Source: a virus. Taken from it: 52,244 nucleotides of DNA. Positions 36,969 through 45,827 of this stretch are shown one piece after another. The notes under the pieces were generated by a model, which saw nothing but the letters and a program-made list of their open reading frames with translations, was not told the origin of the DNA and searched no databases. A program made the translations under genes and the position numbers. Each line of letters starts with the position of its first letter. The first letter of the stretch is position 1. Location of the stretch: the IMG/VR virus record IMGVR_UViG_3300044210_000063; one strand, written 5' to 3'.

Positions 36969-38563
36969 AGCTTTGAGTTTCTTTTTTGAAGGAGCCTTGT
37001 TACTAATGGGCCGCCATAATACCCAGCAAGGGCACGGGTTTCGACGATTTTAGCTTTTTCGCTAACTACCCTTATTAAATCAATATCAGTGGTGTAGGCC
37101 AGAATAACAGCGTAAATCAAGCTATCGGCGATTTCGGACTCAATGGCGGCTTTCTTCGCTTCAACCGTGTCACCGTTCCGAATGGCTCGCAGTAGTGCAC
37201 CAGCAAGTTCGCCCGATTCACCGACGAGGCCTAAGGCATAATAAATGAATGGGTCGTTACCATATGCCGCGTCAGGATCCATATTTTTGACTCGACATAT
37301 AACATGGTGCGCATTGATAGCTGCAGTAACAATATCTTCGTAGGAGTGTCTTAGTTCGTGGATTAAGGCATCTCGCCGCTTTATTAATGCTGCCTCGGTT
37401 TCTTCTGGCAGGCTGATTTGCATGATTTCGCTGATTTCATCCAGTTTTGCCCTGAGTTCTGCCTTAGTTCGATAGCTTCGGCCGATTCGTTTTCGTGTGT
37501 CTAGCTCCAACAGGAGGCTCTGCATAACGCTTTTTTTATTATGTATCCAGTCGTTTTCCTCTATGGTGAGGAATTTCAGCCCACTCACTTCGGCCAAGAA
37601 CCGCTTCTTAGTGTTCCGCCTTCGCGCGTCGTTGGACCGGTTGAACTCGATAAGCGTTTGAGACTCGTTGACGAACATGTCATATTTATGTCCGTAGAGC
37701 TTGTGCTCAAATACCACTGAGTAGCCATGCGCAATAAGCTGGTCAGCGATGCGATAGCATGGTATGGGTATTTGGTAATCCGCACAGCCGCACGTCAGCC
37801 CATGGCCTCCTTTGAGCCTGCTGATGGACGGTGTGTAAATACTACCACAAATAGGACATTTTGCCTTGAATCCCTTTGAATTTGTTAATATGCGTCCGAG
37901 CGGAATTGGTCCACCGGGAGGGAAGTTTTTGGGCTCAACTGGTGCCCGTAACGCCTGCAGCGCTTGCCGATTCTTATTATACCAATTTCGCACTGTTCGA
38001 GAGCAATGTCCACAATTGCGGGTACGTCCGGAGGTCACTGACTGAATCGATATTTCTTTCTTGCTGCCGCAGTCACACAGAAACATCGTCTTTTGTTTAG
38101 CGTGGCGATTGAGAGCACGGGGTGTTTCCAGCCGAAGGCATCCAAACCGCTGACTAGTCCACCATTCTGGATCCATCTCGTTGCATCTGCCGCATGTCAC
38201 AATTTTGTTGTGTACTACGTCGTAGATGGCTATTAGTTGCTCTTTACCACAATCACAAACAAACAGTTCTCTATCTTTACTGCCAGTACTTAACTGTTTC
38301 GGATGCCTGAGTCGCAGTTGACCGAACTTCTGTGTGATCCACCACTCCTTTGGCATTATACTGCATTGTCCACATGACTTGGTTTGGCCACGGGTGACAG
38401 ACGACACTTGCACGGTTTTATGCTTGCCACATTCGCAGACAAACACATGCTTTGCATGCGAATGTGGATTTAAATCCACTGGATGCAAAATGCGCAGCTT
38501 GCCAAACTTCTGTAGCGCCCACCACTCCTTGGAGTGAACTGTAGCACGCTCTCTAATAGTCAT
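36965..38563 (-). CDS. paralog C: 3 zinc-ribbon modules + Vsr-like nuclease + C-terminal MazG-like NTP pyrophosphohydrolase domain
   Basis: Repeats FVCECGKHKT...SCGQC etc. YDMFVNESQTLIEFNRSNDARRR. C-terminus ALGLVGESGELAGAL...ESEIADSLIYAVILAY is MazG-like and replaces the GNAT-like domain of paralogs B, D and E. Confidence 0.8.
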   Translation of the reverse strand: MTIRERATVHSKEWWALQKFGKLRILHPVDLNPHSHAKHVFVCECGKHKTVQVSSVTRGQTKSCGQCSIMPKEWWITQKFGQLRLRHPKQLSTGSKDRELFVCDCGKEQLIAIYDVVHNKIVTCGRCNEMDPEWWTSQRFGCLRLETPRALNRHAKQKTMFLCDCGSKKEISIQSVTSGRTRNCGHCSRTVRNWYNKNRQALQALRAPVEPKNFPPGGPIPLGRILTNSKGFKAKCPICGSIYTPSISRLKGGHGLTCGCADYQIPIPCYRIADQLIAHGYSVVFEHKLYGHKYDMFVNESQTLIEFNRSNDARRRNTKKRFLAEVSGLKFLTIEENDWIHNKKSVMQSLLLELDTRKRIGRSYRTKAELRAKLDEISEIMQISLPEETEAALIKRRDALIHELRHSYEDIVTAAINAHHVICRVKNMDPDAAYGNDPFIYYALGLVGESGELAGALLRAIRNGDTVEAKKAAIESEIADSLIYAVILAYTTDIDLIRVVSEKAKIVETRALAGYYGGPLVTRLLQKRNSKL

Positions 38564-39225
38564 GAAGCTGTCAGCTCCTGTCGGAAATTAGCCATGCACA
38601 TCTCATGATAAAGTTGGCTGAGCATTTGCATATACTTCCTGAACCGCGGAGGAGGCTTCTTGACAGGCATATCCAACATGTTTGAAGACATCGTATTCAT
38701 GTCGGCACGCATGCGTTCAAAGAACGGTTGGATTTCTTTATTGCCCCGACATTTCTCGCGCCATACATATTCATATACTGACAAAAAATCCGCTGCTTTC
38801 ACAACCGCCTTTATATACCATCCATAGCCATTGTTTTGCTCTACAGGCTCTTGGCTGAGATCAAGTATCCTTCGATCCATTTTAGCCAACACAGCTTGTT
38901 CAGCCTTACGGATGGTAGCTGGAAGCTCAGGAATGGCATATTTGAAGACACGTACTAATTCAGCTCCTAGGCAGTCGGCCATGTCATGCGTGAGCGCATG
39001 CAACATCAACGGAGCATCTAGGTTGCGTGGTCCTTCCATCTCCCGATGGATCATCATGGCATAGAGAACTGTCCAGAACAGGTGCTCAGCAGTGTTTTCG
39101 AAAACAGATACGGGAATGGACTGGTAGCGGGTAACGTAGCTTAGTCGTCGTACATCACTGGATGCAACGACTAATAATTTTGGCCAGCAGGGGCGGAGTG
39201 ACGTTGGCATGTTCCAAAAGTACAC
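38560..39225 (-). CDS. HD-domain 5'-deoxynucleotidase (YfbR-like)
   Basis: ENTAEHLFWTVLYAMMI...HALTHDMADCLGAELV has the H...HD...D pattern of the YfbR family. Confidence 0.6.
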   Translation of the reverse strand: MYFWNMPTSLRPCWPKLLVVASSDVRRLSYVTRYQSIPVSVFENTAEHLFWTVLYAMMIHREMEGPRNLDAPLMLHALTHDMADCLGAELVRVFKYAIPELPATIRKAEQAVLAKMDRRILDLSQEPVEQNNGYGWYIKAVVKAADFLSVYEYVWREKCRGNKEIQPFFERMRADMNTMSSNMLDMPVKKPPPRFRKYMQMLSQLYHEMCMANFRQELTAS

Positions 39226-39391
39226 CAGGTCCCTCAGGAGGAATGTGGGGGATTATAGATCCGCTCAGTCCATGGGCTGCAAGATCTGCAGCCATTTGCT
39301 CTTGTTCTTCGCGTGTAAGTACGGCATGCGTCACCACATTTTCATTCGACGCATCCACATACTCCACTGTACAAAAATCAAGTCTAGACAC
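39155..39391 (-). CDS. small hypothetical protein (78 aa)
   Basis: Fills the gap between the HD and pcp genes but overlaps the HD N-terminus. Confidence 0.3.
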   Translation of the reverse strand: MSRLDFCTVEYVDASNENVVTHAVLTREEQEQMAADLAAHGLSGSIIPHIPPEGPGVLLEHANVTPPLLAKIISRCIQ

Positions 39392-40043
39392 TTGGATCCT
39401 TTTGAATGGTGGTATACCACTCAGCTAACTTTTCTACGAGTTTCAGTGAAGCCATGCAGATTCCCTGGAAACTGGCTGTGGACCACAGGGCATCCTCAAT
39501 CACTCCGAATTCATTAGGAAAGGGTATATGCACAAATCCGGCTACAACTGGATGCGGCATCTCGTTTGTGGCTAGCCAATGAAGTATATGGTACAAAATA
39601 CTGTTGCAGGTATGTGTACCTGCATGGTATGAAGCTTTACTATCAACACCACATGCGTTGAGGTTTTCTATCAGCCACTTCACTGGAAGTGTTGATTCAT
39701 ATCCAGCAGGACCATTGCGTACAACCGGCCTATCTTCAATTGGGATACGCGTATTATCACCCATCGGAGTTTTCTCGGCATTGATAGCGAAGCGCTCAAG
39801 CCTGAGTGGATCATTCTTTTGGGTTGCTCCAAACATCAAAACTGCGTTAGGTTGGAAGGCTTGTATTTCTGTGATGACTAATTGGGCGCTCTCACCATAG
39901 ATCTGCGGTAGATACATAGCTCGTACGTCCACACCGTTTACTCTGAGGGAGCCGTTTTGCCAAAGCTTGGCAAGCTCGCCGCTCGGAGAACGCTTGATAC
40001 CCCATGTTGGTTCAAATCCAGTTAGTATGACACGCATCATCAC
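39384..40043 (-). CDS. pcp: pyrrolidone-carboxylate (pyroglutamyl) peptidase I
   Basis: [12 protein letters not shown]...NPS N-terminus and catalytic Cys context [13 protein letters not shown]...GFVHIP align with archaeal/bacterial PCP (VLVTGFEPFGG... SAGTFVCN ... GFIHVP). Confidence 0.85.
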   Translation of the reverse strand: MMMRVILTGFEPTWGIKRSPSGELAKLWQNGSLRVNGVDVRAMYLPQIYGESAQLVITEIQAFQPNAVLMFGATQKNDPLRLERFAINAEKTPMGDNTRIPIEDRPVVRNGPAGYESTLPVKWLIENLNACGVDSKASYHAGTHTCNSILYHILHWLATNEMPHPVVAGFVHIPFPNEFGVIEDALWSTASFQGICMASLKLVEKLAEWYTTIQKDPSV

Positions 40044-40060
40044 ACCGTCAATATAGGAGT

Positions 40061-40786
40061 TTGATAGACCGTACCCGTGTGACCATCACCCTTACGTTCC
40101 AGATTCCGTCCACAAACGTGCATCCGGTTGCCGCAGTGATGGACCTTACTGATGACCGGCCTTTGATTGGTTTGAGTCCTCCGCAGGTCGATGGTCTTGA
40201 CCTGCGGGAAGACGATCTAGTACTTAGGATCGTGCCTGATCAGATTGAGACGGGACCGTGGGTAGCTCATGCGGGTTTATGGACTCGTCCTGACTGGTTT
40301 AATGCCAGCGCTTATGCGGAAGGAACGATTCTCACCTGTAATCGTGGCACCAAATACCGCGGATCGGCATGGGCTATGCGGGGGACTATTCCCGGTCTTG
40401 ATATTGTGGGCACTGATTTCTTATGTGCCGATCCATTCTCAGGTCCTACAGGTCCAACAGGACCTCAGGGGTATCCGGGGACTACTGGAGGTGTAACTGG
40501 ATCAACGGGGCCACAGGGTGCCACTGGATTACAAGGAGATCCAGGTGTTACAGGTGCCACTGGACCACAAGGTGCCACTGGACCACAAGGTGCCACTGGA
40601 CCACAAGGTGCCACTGGACCACAAGGTGCCACTGGACCACAAGGTGCCACGAGCATATTACCGAGTGGAAGCGCTGGCGCTATTCTTTACAATGATGGTT
40701 CACAGTGGATTATACTGCCCTCTGGGGCTTCTGGAGCTGTACTCACCGCTCAGGGGGCCACGGGGCCAATTTGGGCGTTCTTGTAG
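40061..40786 (+). CDS. collagen-like triple-helix repeat protein (putative fiber)
   Basis: [29 protein letters not shown]...(GATGPQ)x5, Gly-X-Y over about 80 aa. 18-bp x5.5 DNA repeat at 40553-40651. Confidence 0.8.
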   Translation: MIDRTRVTITLTFQIPSTNVHPVAAVMDLTDDRPLIGLSPPQVDGLDLREDDLVLRIVPDQIETGPWVAHAGLWTRPDWFNASAYAEGTILTCNRGTKYRGSAWAMRGTIPGLDIVGTDFLCADPFSGPTGPTGPQGYPGTTGGVTGSTGPQGATGLQGDPGVTGATGPQGATGPQGATGPQGATGPQGATGPQGATSILPSGSAGAILYNDGSQWIILPSGASGAVLTAQGATGPIWAFL

Positions 40787-40896
40787 CGCTTGCTGCGAAA
40801 GTGGATCTATCTGGTGGTACCAACTCACCACCATCTGCCACAGGAATTACCGCACTCTTGTGGCACAAGGATGGACTATTATATTAAATCCGTGAA

Positions 40897-41337
40897 TCAG
40901 GGTGTTGGTAGTTCGTCTGGAACGATGTCTACTTCTTTGCCCCCAGTGCGGAGGTATGTGTCGGCGAGAGACTCCCCCTGATGTTTTAGTCTTTGGAGCT
41001 GGATTATCAAGGTTGGTAGGTCTAACCCTATCATATCCGCAGCGGCTCGCAATACACGGACTGTTTTCTCAGGGTCTTCTATCGTAGCAGCAAATGACAC
41101 CGCGTCCATTGCTGCTTTGGTTTTCCAAACACCTTCTTTGTCTAGTTCGAAGAGATCTATACCACCGTCCGGACATACCCCGAGCCACTGATCGTTTCGG
41201 AGTTCCACTGGATTTGTCATTTGAAATGAGCAGCTAGTGTCTGCTGGACCTTCGCGTGTGAAAACGCCGGTCGGAGTTATGATGAACCTCGGTACATATG
41301 GCGGCGTTTGAATGGGACCATAACCATTGACTATCAC
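40897..41337 (-). CDS. hypothetical protein (146 aa)
   Basis: ATGA-coupled minus-strand ORF. Confidence 0.5.
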   Translation of the reverse strand: MIVNGYGPIQTPPYVPRFIITPTGVFTREGPADTSCSFQMTNPVELRNDQWLGVCPDGGIDLFELDKEGVWKTKAAMDAVSFAATIEDPEKTVRVLRAAADMIGLDLPTLIIQLQRLKHQGESLADTYLRTGGKEVDIVPDELPTP

Positions 41338-41735
41338 GAATACACCGTGTTCCAGTCTTGGATAATTGTGATCAATGACAGCCCATCAAACATCTTATAA
41401 TGTCTGTCGCCGTCCATTCTCTTGTACGCCGTCCATATTAGGCAGCTGAAGAAAAACAGCACCAGGCCTACAATGACAAGACTACTCATACCAATTAGCC
41501 TAGCCCAAAGTGGCGGTTGCTGTGTTGTCGGAGCACAGATTGGTACCCCTGGGGCTTCATAAAGATTGCCGAAAACGTTCATGATCTGATTCTGCACGGC
41601 TCCGTTGCCACAGCTTGATACATGCCCTTGTCCATAACTGGCAGCCGTCTCAGGATCCATCGCCAGGATTTCATCGAATACAGAGCTGTCCGTAGCATAT
41701 CTGCGTATAGCTGTTTGTCGACTTCGGTTATTCAT
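41334..41735 (-). CDS. membrane protein (one TM helix)
   Basis: SSLVIVGLVLFFFSCLIWTAY hydrophobic segment. Confidence 0.5.
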   Translation of the reverse strand: MNNRSRQTAIRRYATDSSVFDEILAMDPETAASYGQGHVSSCGNGAVQNQIMNVFGNLYEAPGVPICAPTTQQPPLWARLIGMSSLVIVGLVLFFFSCLIWTAYKRMDGDRHYKMFDGLSLITIIQDWNTVYS

Positions 41736-41779
41736 GCCATGAGATACGTAATGTGGGTCAACATTTACACCGTGTGAGG

Positions 41780-42439
41780 TTAGCTTTCATGCACTACCTG
41801 TATACATACTTCATCCACAAGTTTGTACATAGTTTCGATCGGTAGCGCACGGTACGCCCATAGTGTGGCTCTTAGCTCTTTGCAGGCGTCTTCTATCCAA
41901 TATGATTGGCGTATAGCCTCAACATGTCCGTTCTCGTACATAATTTTGAGTTCGGCCTGTAATCTGGTTTCTGCCTGCTCTCTTTCTTGCTTGCATTCTT
42001 GGTCAATAAGATTTGCAAGCGCAGTTTTCCATTGAGACGGAGTCACGTTGGACTTGATCAGTGCTTCTTCTGCTTGTTTAAGTTCTGCCCCCAAGGTTGA
42101 TATTGCTATATTACGTAAATCAACAACTGGAGGATATGTCGAATTAGTGTTTTCATCGAACGTTACTGTATGCACGAAGACCTTGCCGTAGAGTGTTGGC
42201 ACTCGCAATAACACCACCGCCTGCAGCGCGACGTGTTTCGGTATTCTATTCGGGAGGAATGCCGGACGGACTGGGGTTTTCCTACGGAATCCTTCTATGC
42301 GAGATCCTTGCAAAAGGATCTTGGTGTGGGCTACGAGAATGCACCATTCGGGTGGATTCTTTTCAGACCAGTCCTTTACACGTCGCAACGCTTTACGTTG
42401 CGATCGCTCGTTTGGCATAGCACGTCCGTGTTCAATCAT
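41780..42439 (-). CDS. hypothetical protein (219 aa)
   Basis: Clean ORF, no recognised domain. Confidence 0.5.
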   Translation of the reverse strand: MIEHGRAMPNERSQRKALRRVKDWSEKNPPEWCILVAHTKILLQGSRIEGFRRKTPVRPAFLPNRIPKHVALQAVVLLRVPTLYGKVFVHTVTFDENTNSTYPPVVDLRNIAISTLGAELKQAEEALIKSNVTPSQWKTALANLIDQECKQEREQAETRLQAELKIMYENGHVEAIRQSYWIEDACKELRATLWAYRALPIETMYKLVDEVCIQVVHES

Positions 42440-42484
42440 CGGTACTACCTACATAACAATATGCGCGCTGATGGAACTTTTGCT

Positions 42485-43066
42485 CTATGAGCTTAATACT
42501 CGGACACCACATTGTATAAGCTCTTCCAACGGTGTTTTTACTACATTGGGATCAAGTGACTTGATGTAGCGACGTACAGCCTGCTTATTGAAGCCAAGAT
42601 TTGATAAAGCTGTATGCAGCTTCGTCGTATTATCTACACCAGCTGCCCATGCCTTCTCGTCATTCTCAACGTTTCCTAGCATCGAGGAAGAACTATCAGA
42701 TTGCTCTTCAGATATGACCTTAGATAAGATAGTGCGATCATCCTCATTCAGAGAGGCTGCAATACACTGTTTGAGGCCCGGAATGGTAGCAATACGCTTT
42801 CGGTCAGCGACCATAGTGAGAAAATTCGCATACTCTAATTCTACAATATTGTCGCTCCGGATCCCGACTGTTCCGCAGTCACGGAAAACTGCCACGAGTT
42901 GGCATCCTGGTGTTGGTTGTTGATCCGGGCCGGCGATGAGTTCAATGGCCTGTACGACATATTGATTTGTTGCCTCGACAAGAAACAAACAACCATCTGC
43001 CTGAAACAGAAACTGTGCAGTTTCAGTATTAGCTGACGGATGATCAGAAGGGAGAAAGTTCGTCAT
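42485..43066 (-). CDS. hypothetical protein (193 aa)
   Basis: Clean ORF; possible helix-hairpin-helix-like C-terminus, not assignable. Confidence 0.5.
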   Translation of the reverse strand: MTNFLPSDHPSANTETAQFLFQADGCLFLVEATNQYVVQAIELIAGPDQQPTPGCQLVAVFRDCGTVGIRSDNIVELEYANFLTMVADRKRIATIPGLKQCIAASLNEDDRTILSKVISEEQSDSSSSMLGNVENDEKAWAAGVDNTTKLHTALSNLGFNKQAVRRYIKSLDPNVVKTPLEELIQCGVRVLSS

Positions 43067-43095
43067 GCCTTAGGATACCGCACGGGCGTCGTGAT

Positions 43096-43398
43096 TTACG
43101 TACGCGATACTAGAACTGGAAATTGAGTTATTACAGCTCCAGCTTCATGCTCTTCACTAAATTCGAAAGGTGATTCTATTCCGGGAGGGCATCCAAACAT
43201 TATTACAAATAATTTCTTTTGCATGTCTGTGTTCAATGAATGATAGACCTGCAGAGCTATCGCAGGTTCTTTACGACACCTGGCTGCAAGCTCAGCCCAA
43301 CGTGGTCCTCGACGTGGATCCGTGAGACATTTCTGGCATATCCCATCTATAAGCACCGCGCTTCTATCGCACCCTTTACACCGACCTATAACTGTCAT
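43096..43398 (-). CDS. small Cys-rich zinc-binding protein
   Basis: CKGCDRS...CQKCL motif pair. Confidence 0.45.
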   Translation of the reverse strand: MTVIGRCKGCDRSAVLIDGICQKCLTDPRRGPRWAELAARCRKEPAIALQVYHSLNTDMQKKLFVIMFGCPPGIESPFEFSEEHEAGAVITQFPVLVSRT

Positions 43399-43493
43399 AG
43401 TTAGCTGTACATGCTAGAGTACACGATTTACGCCTAATCATCCGATAGATCATTTTCTAGTGTCATATGTAGTTGTATGTAGCATGTTATCAT

Positions 43494-43799
43494 TCATTTA
43501 ATGATTTCAAGGGACAAATCTTCTGTTGCAGGCTGTATATCCTCCCATCCTTGCTCAGCTTGCATGTCCTCTGTTACTAACCACACCCCATTTTGCATTG
43601 AAGCTGGCGACTTACCAAAGCGCAGTCCTCGTGTTGGCGACATTCCAAGATAGTTTCCTGTCTTTGTGAACACTAATGCTTGTACGTCTCGGAAATCAGC
43701 TACAGCCATTGTAGCATCTTTGACGATTGTTTCTACCGTCATGAGTACAAGCTTCCCTTCCGGTAGCGATTCCCAGTCAACTTGATCAAATGAACGCAT
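43494..43799 (-). CDS. hypothetical protein (101 aa)
   Basis: ORF only. Confidence 0.4.
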   Translation of the reverse strand: MRSFDQVDWESLPEGKLVLMTVETIVKDATMAVADFRDVQALVFTKTGNYLGMSPTRGLRFGKSPASMQNGVWLVTEDMQAEQGWEDIQPATEDLSLEIIK

Positions 43800-43867
43800 T
43801 TCTACGTGAATTTACACAGTCCTCATTCAGACTTACTACGATCAAACCTTTTATTCTTAATCCAAGT

Positions 43868-44449
43868 ATGAAACTGCTGAAAGCTCTTTGGCTACCACTG
43901 TTTGCTTCGACCTTATTGTTGGCGCTTCCTGCGGTCGCTGAAAAGAAGTGTGATGGGCCGCCAGATCTTTGTGCGCAGGTCGTTGAGCTTCAGAGACAAC
44001 TTGCTGTTCAAAAAGCTACCAGCCTTCAAGGTGAAGCTGAAGCAGTCAAGGCGGAGGTTCAAGCCGCCGACCAACGACTCGCAGAAAAGGCAGCAAAGTT
44101 TGCTGCAGTTGCTGCAGTAATTGCTGTCGCACTAAAAATATTTTTGTCTGCTCTTGGTGGATGGAAGGACTATTTCACTACAACGAAGGGTAAGGCATGG
44201 TTAAGGCTCATCACCCTCATTGTAGGCTTCCTCGCATTTGTTGCTACAAATCTAGGACTCGGGATCGTATGGTGGCAAGCACTTATTGTGGCCGCTGGTG
44301 GTCCGGGTGCCATTCTGGTACATGAGGTCCTAAAGATCATTCCAGCACTTAGAGGTAAAGGTCCACTTCCTCCGTCCGTGGTTACAAATTCACCTGCTGT
44401 AGCATCTACAGACGTGATTCAATCACAACAGGATGAATCATCTACTTGA
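43868..44449 (+). CDS. secreted/membrane protein: signal peptide, coiled-coil, two TM helices
   Basis: MKLLKALWLPLFASTLLLALPAVA signal, heptad-like QLAVQKATSLQGEAEAVKAEVQAADQRLAEKAAK, then two hydrophobic helices. The ORF-track start 43790 has an implausible leader. Lone + strand gene in a minus-strand block. Confidence 0.5.
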   Translation: MKLLKALWLPLFASTLLLALPAVAEKKCDGPPDLCAQVVELQRQLAVQKATSLQGEAEAVKAEVQAADQRLAEKAAKFAAVAAVIAVALKIFLSALGGWKDYFTTTKGKAWLRLITLIVGFLAFVATNLGLGIVWWQALIVAAGGPGAILVHEVLKIIPALRGKGPLPPSVVTNSPAVASTDVIQSQQDESST

Positions 44450-45753
44450 GCAATAGGACGTTTACAGAACGGACAGATAGGTATTGCGGCAAGTTCTCGT
44501 TCCACAGTTTCTAGTTCGTTTGCAGCTTGGTCTAGTTCTTTTTTAACAGCCGCTTCCTCGTTTCTAATAGTTCCAATGGTGGTTATGTGTGCCTGAATTT
44601 CGGCCAAAGGCAACGAACCCATTTTTGGTACTGCAATTTCATGAATATGTGCAAACAATGTACATAATTTTGTTGCAGCCGCAAGCGAATCTTGTATAGC
44701 TTGCATTTTGCGCAAATCTTGTAAATTGCATTCAGGCAGCAATAATTCATTCATGTTTTCAATTTGACTAAGCACATCTACAGTTTTCTGTGACTTTTTT
44801 ACTTTAGCAAAACCTTGTAACCTCTTGAGGTTTTGGTACTCAGCTTCTGGTGGTTCAATGACTATTACGTCTTTGACTTTGCGTAATGGTAAAACCTGTT
44901 CCGCAGCAGATTGTAGAACATCTTGCCGTGCTCGCATTTCCCGCATTTTAGTCAAATTCTGATTCACAATTTCAAAATCGGGAATGCGTATTGAACGCAT
45001 TGGGTGAAACAGTGCTATAATAATATTGAGGCTTTGTATATTTTGCAGCATATAGGACATGCTTGCAATTCTGGCCTCGTAGTCATCAATAGATGCGCGC
45101 TGTTGTTCAAGCTCCGTTTGTACTCGATTCAGTATTTCAAGCGGTTTGAGTTTGTTAGCTCGGGTCTGATTTGCCGCCAAAGCGGTTTCTTTTGCTTTGG
45201 CTTCGTCCTGGTAACGTCTCTTTCCTCTAGCTGCAAGCACAATGGCATTTTGTACCACTTCGAGATGGGAGACCTCTGATATGAATCCTGTGACCTGAGG
45301 TCCAGGCCTGTTCAGCAAGAAGATAGGGTTATATTGGTCTGCTGTCCACGGTGACAACCTGTCATCTCCGACATTGATCGAGCCAAACCCCATAGCTTCA
45401 ATCTGAGATAGTTGTGTCTGTCCGGTTTTGTCGTATACTGTTTCATTAATCACATACCGATTTATATCCCGTTCACCTTTCTCCCATTTAAAACCCCACC
45501 CATCCGAGTTTATTTCAACTGTGCAGTATTTACTGCCTTTTCGAACCATGCCTACGACTGGGTTGTTGAGTATCGCTCTTGTCACAGCCCGAAGCACTGC
45601 GCTTTTACCCACATTTGTGGGTCCAGTAATAACAGTAAAGCCATGTACCACGAAATCAACATCTTTGATGCTCTGGAACGATTGTATTCTCACATGAACG
45701 GGATGAGGTTTTTTAGTCAAACTTTGTGTGGGAGTTTTATCACATGATTCCAC
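44419..45753 (-). CDS. SMC/Rad50-N-like P-loop ATPase with long coiled-coil ending at a CPFC zinc hook-like motif; no C-terminal ABC half
   Basis: Walker A GPTNVGKS near the N-terminus, about 250 aa of coiled-coil, C-terminal AIPICPFCKRPIAQ. Confidence 0.65.
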   Translation of the reverse strand: MESCDKTPTQSLTKKPHPVHVRIQSFQSIKDVDFVVHGFTVITGPTNVGKSAVLRAVTRAILNNPVVGMVRKGSKYCTVEINSDGWGFKWEKGERDINRYVINETVYDKTGQTQLSQIEAMGFGSINVGDDRLSPWTADQYNPIFLLNRPGPQVTGFISEVSHLEVVQNAIVLAARGKRRYQDEAKAKETALAANQTRANKLKPLEILNRVQTELEQQRASIDDYEARIASMSYMLQNIQSLNIIIALFHPMRSIRIPDFEIVNQNLTKMREMRARQDVLQSAAEQVLPLRKVKDVIVIEPPEAEYQNLKRLQGFAKVKKSQKTVDVLSQIENMNELLLPECNLQDLRKMQAIQDSLAAATKLCTLFAHIHEIAVPKMGSLPLAEIQAHITTIGTIRNEEAAVKKELDQAANELETVERELAAIPICPFCKRPIAQVDDSSCCD

Positions 45754-45827
45754 GTTACACCTTCTTTGATGGTGGTATCACTAACCCCAAAGATTTTTCG
45801 AGCTTGGCTTCGTTATTAAAGCAAGTT

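Noticed and set aside
40553-40651. Possible CRISPR-like arrays at the tandem repeats (collagen 18-mer, 15-mers at 29823 and 31594, 33-mer at 51089)
   Set aside because: All repeats are contiguous with no unique spacers, lie inside long ORFs, are in frame and encode low-complexity peptides. They are not CRISPR arrays.
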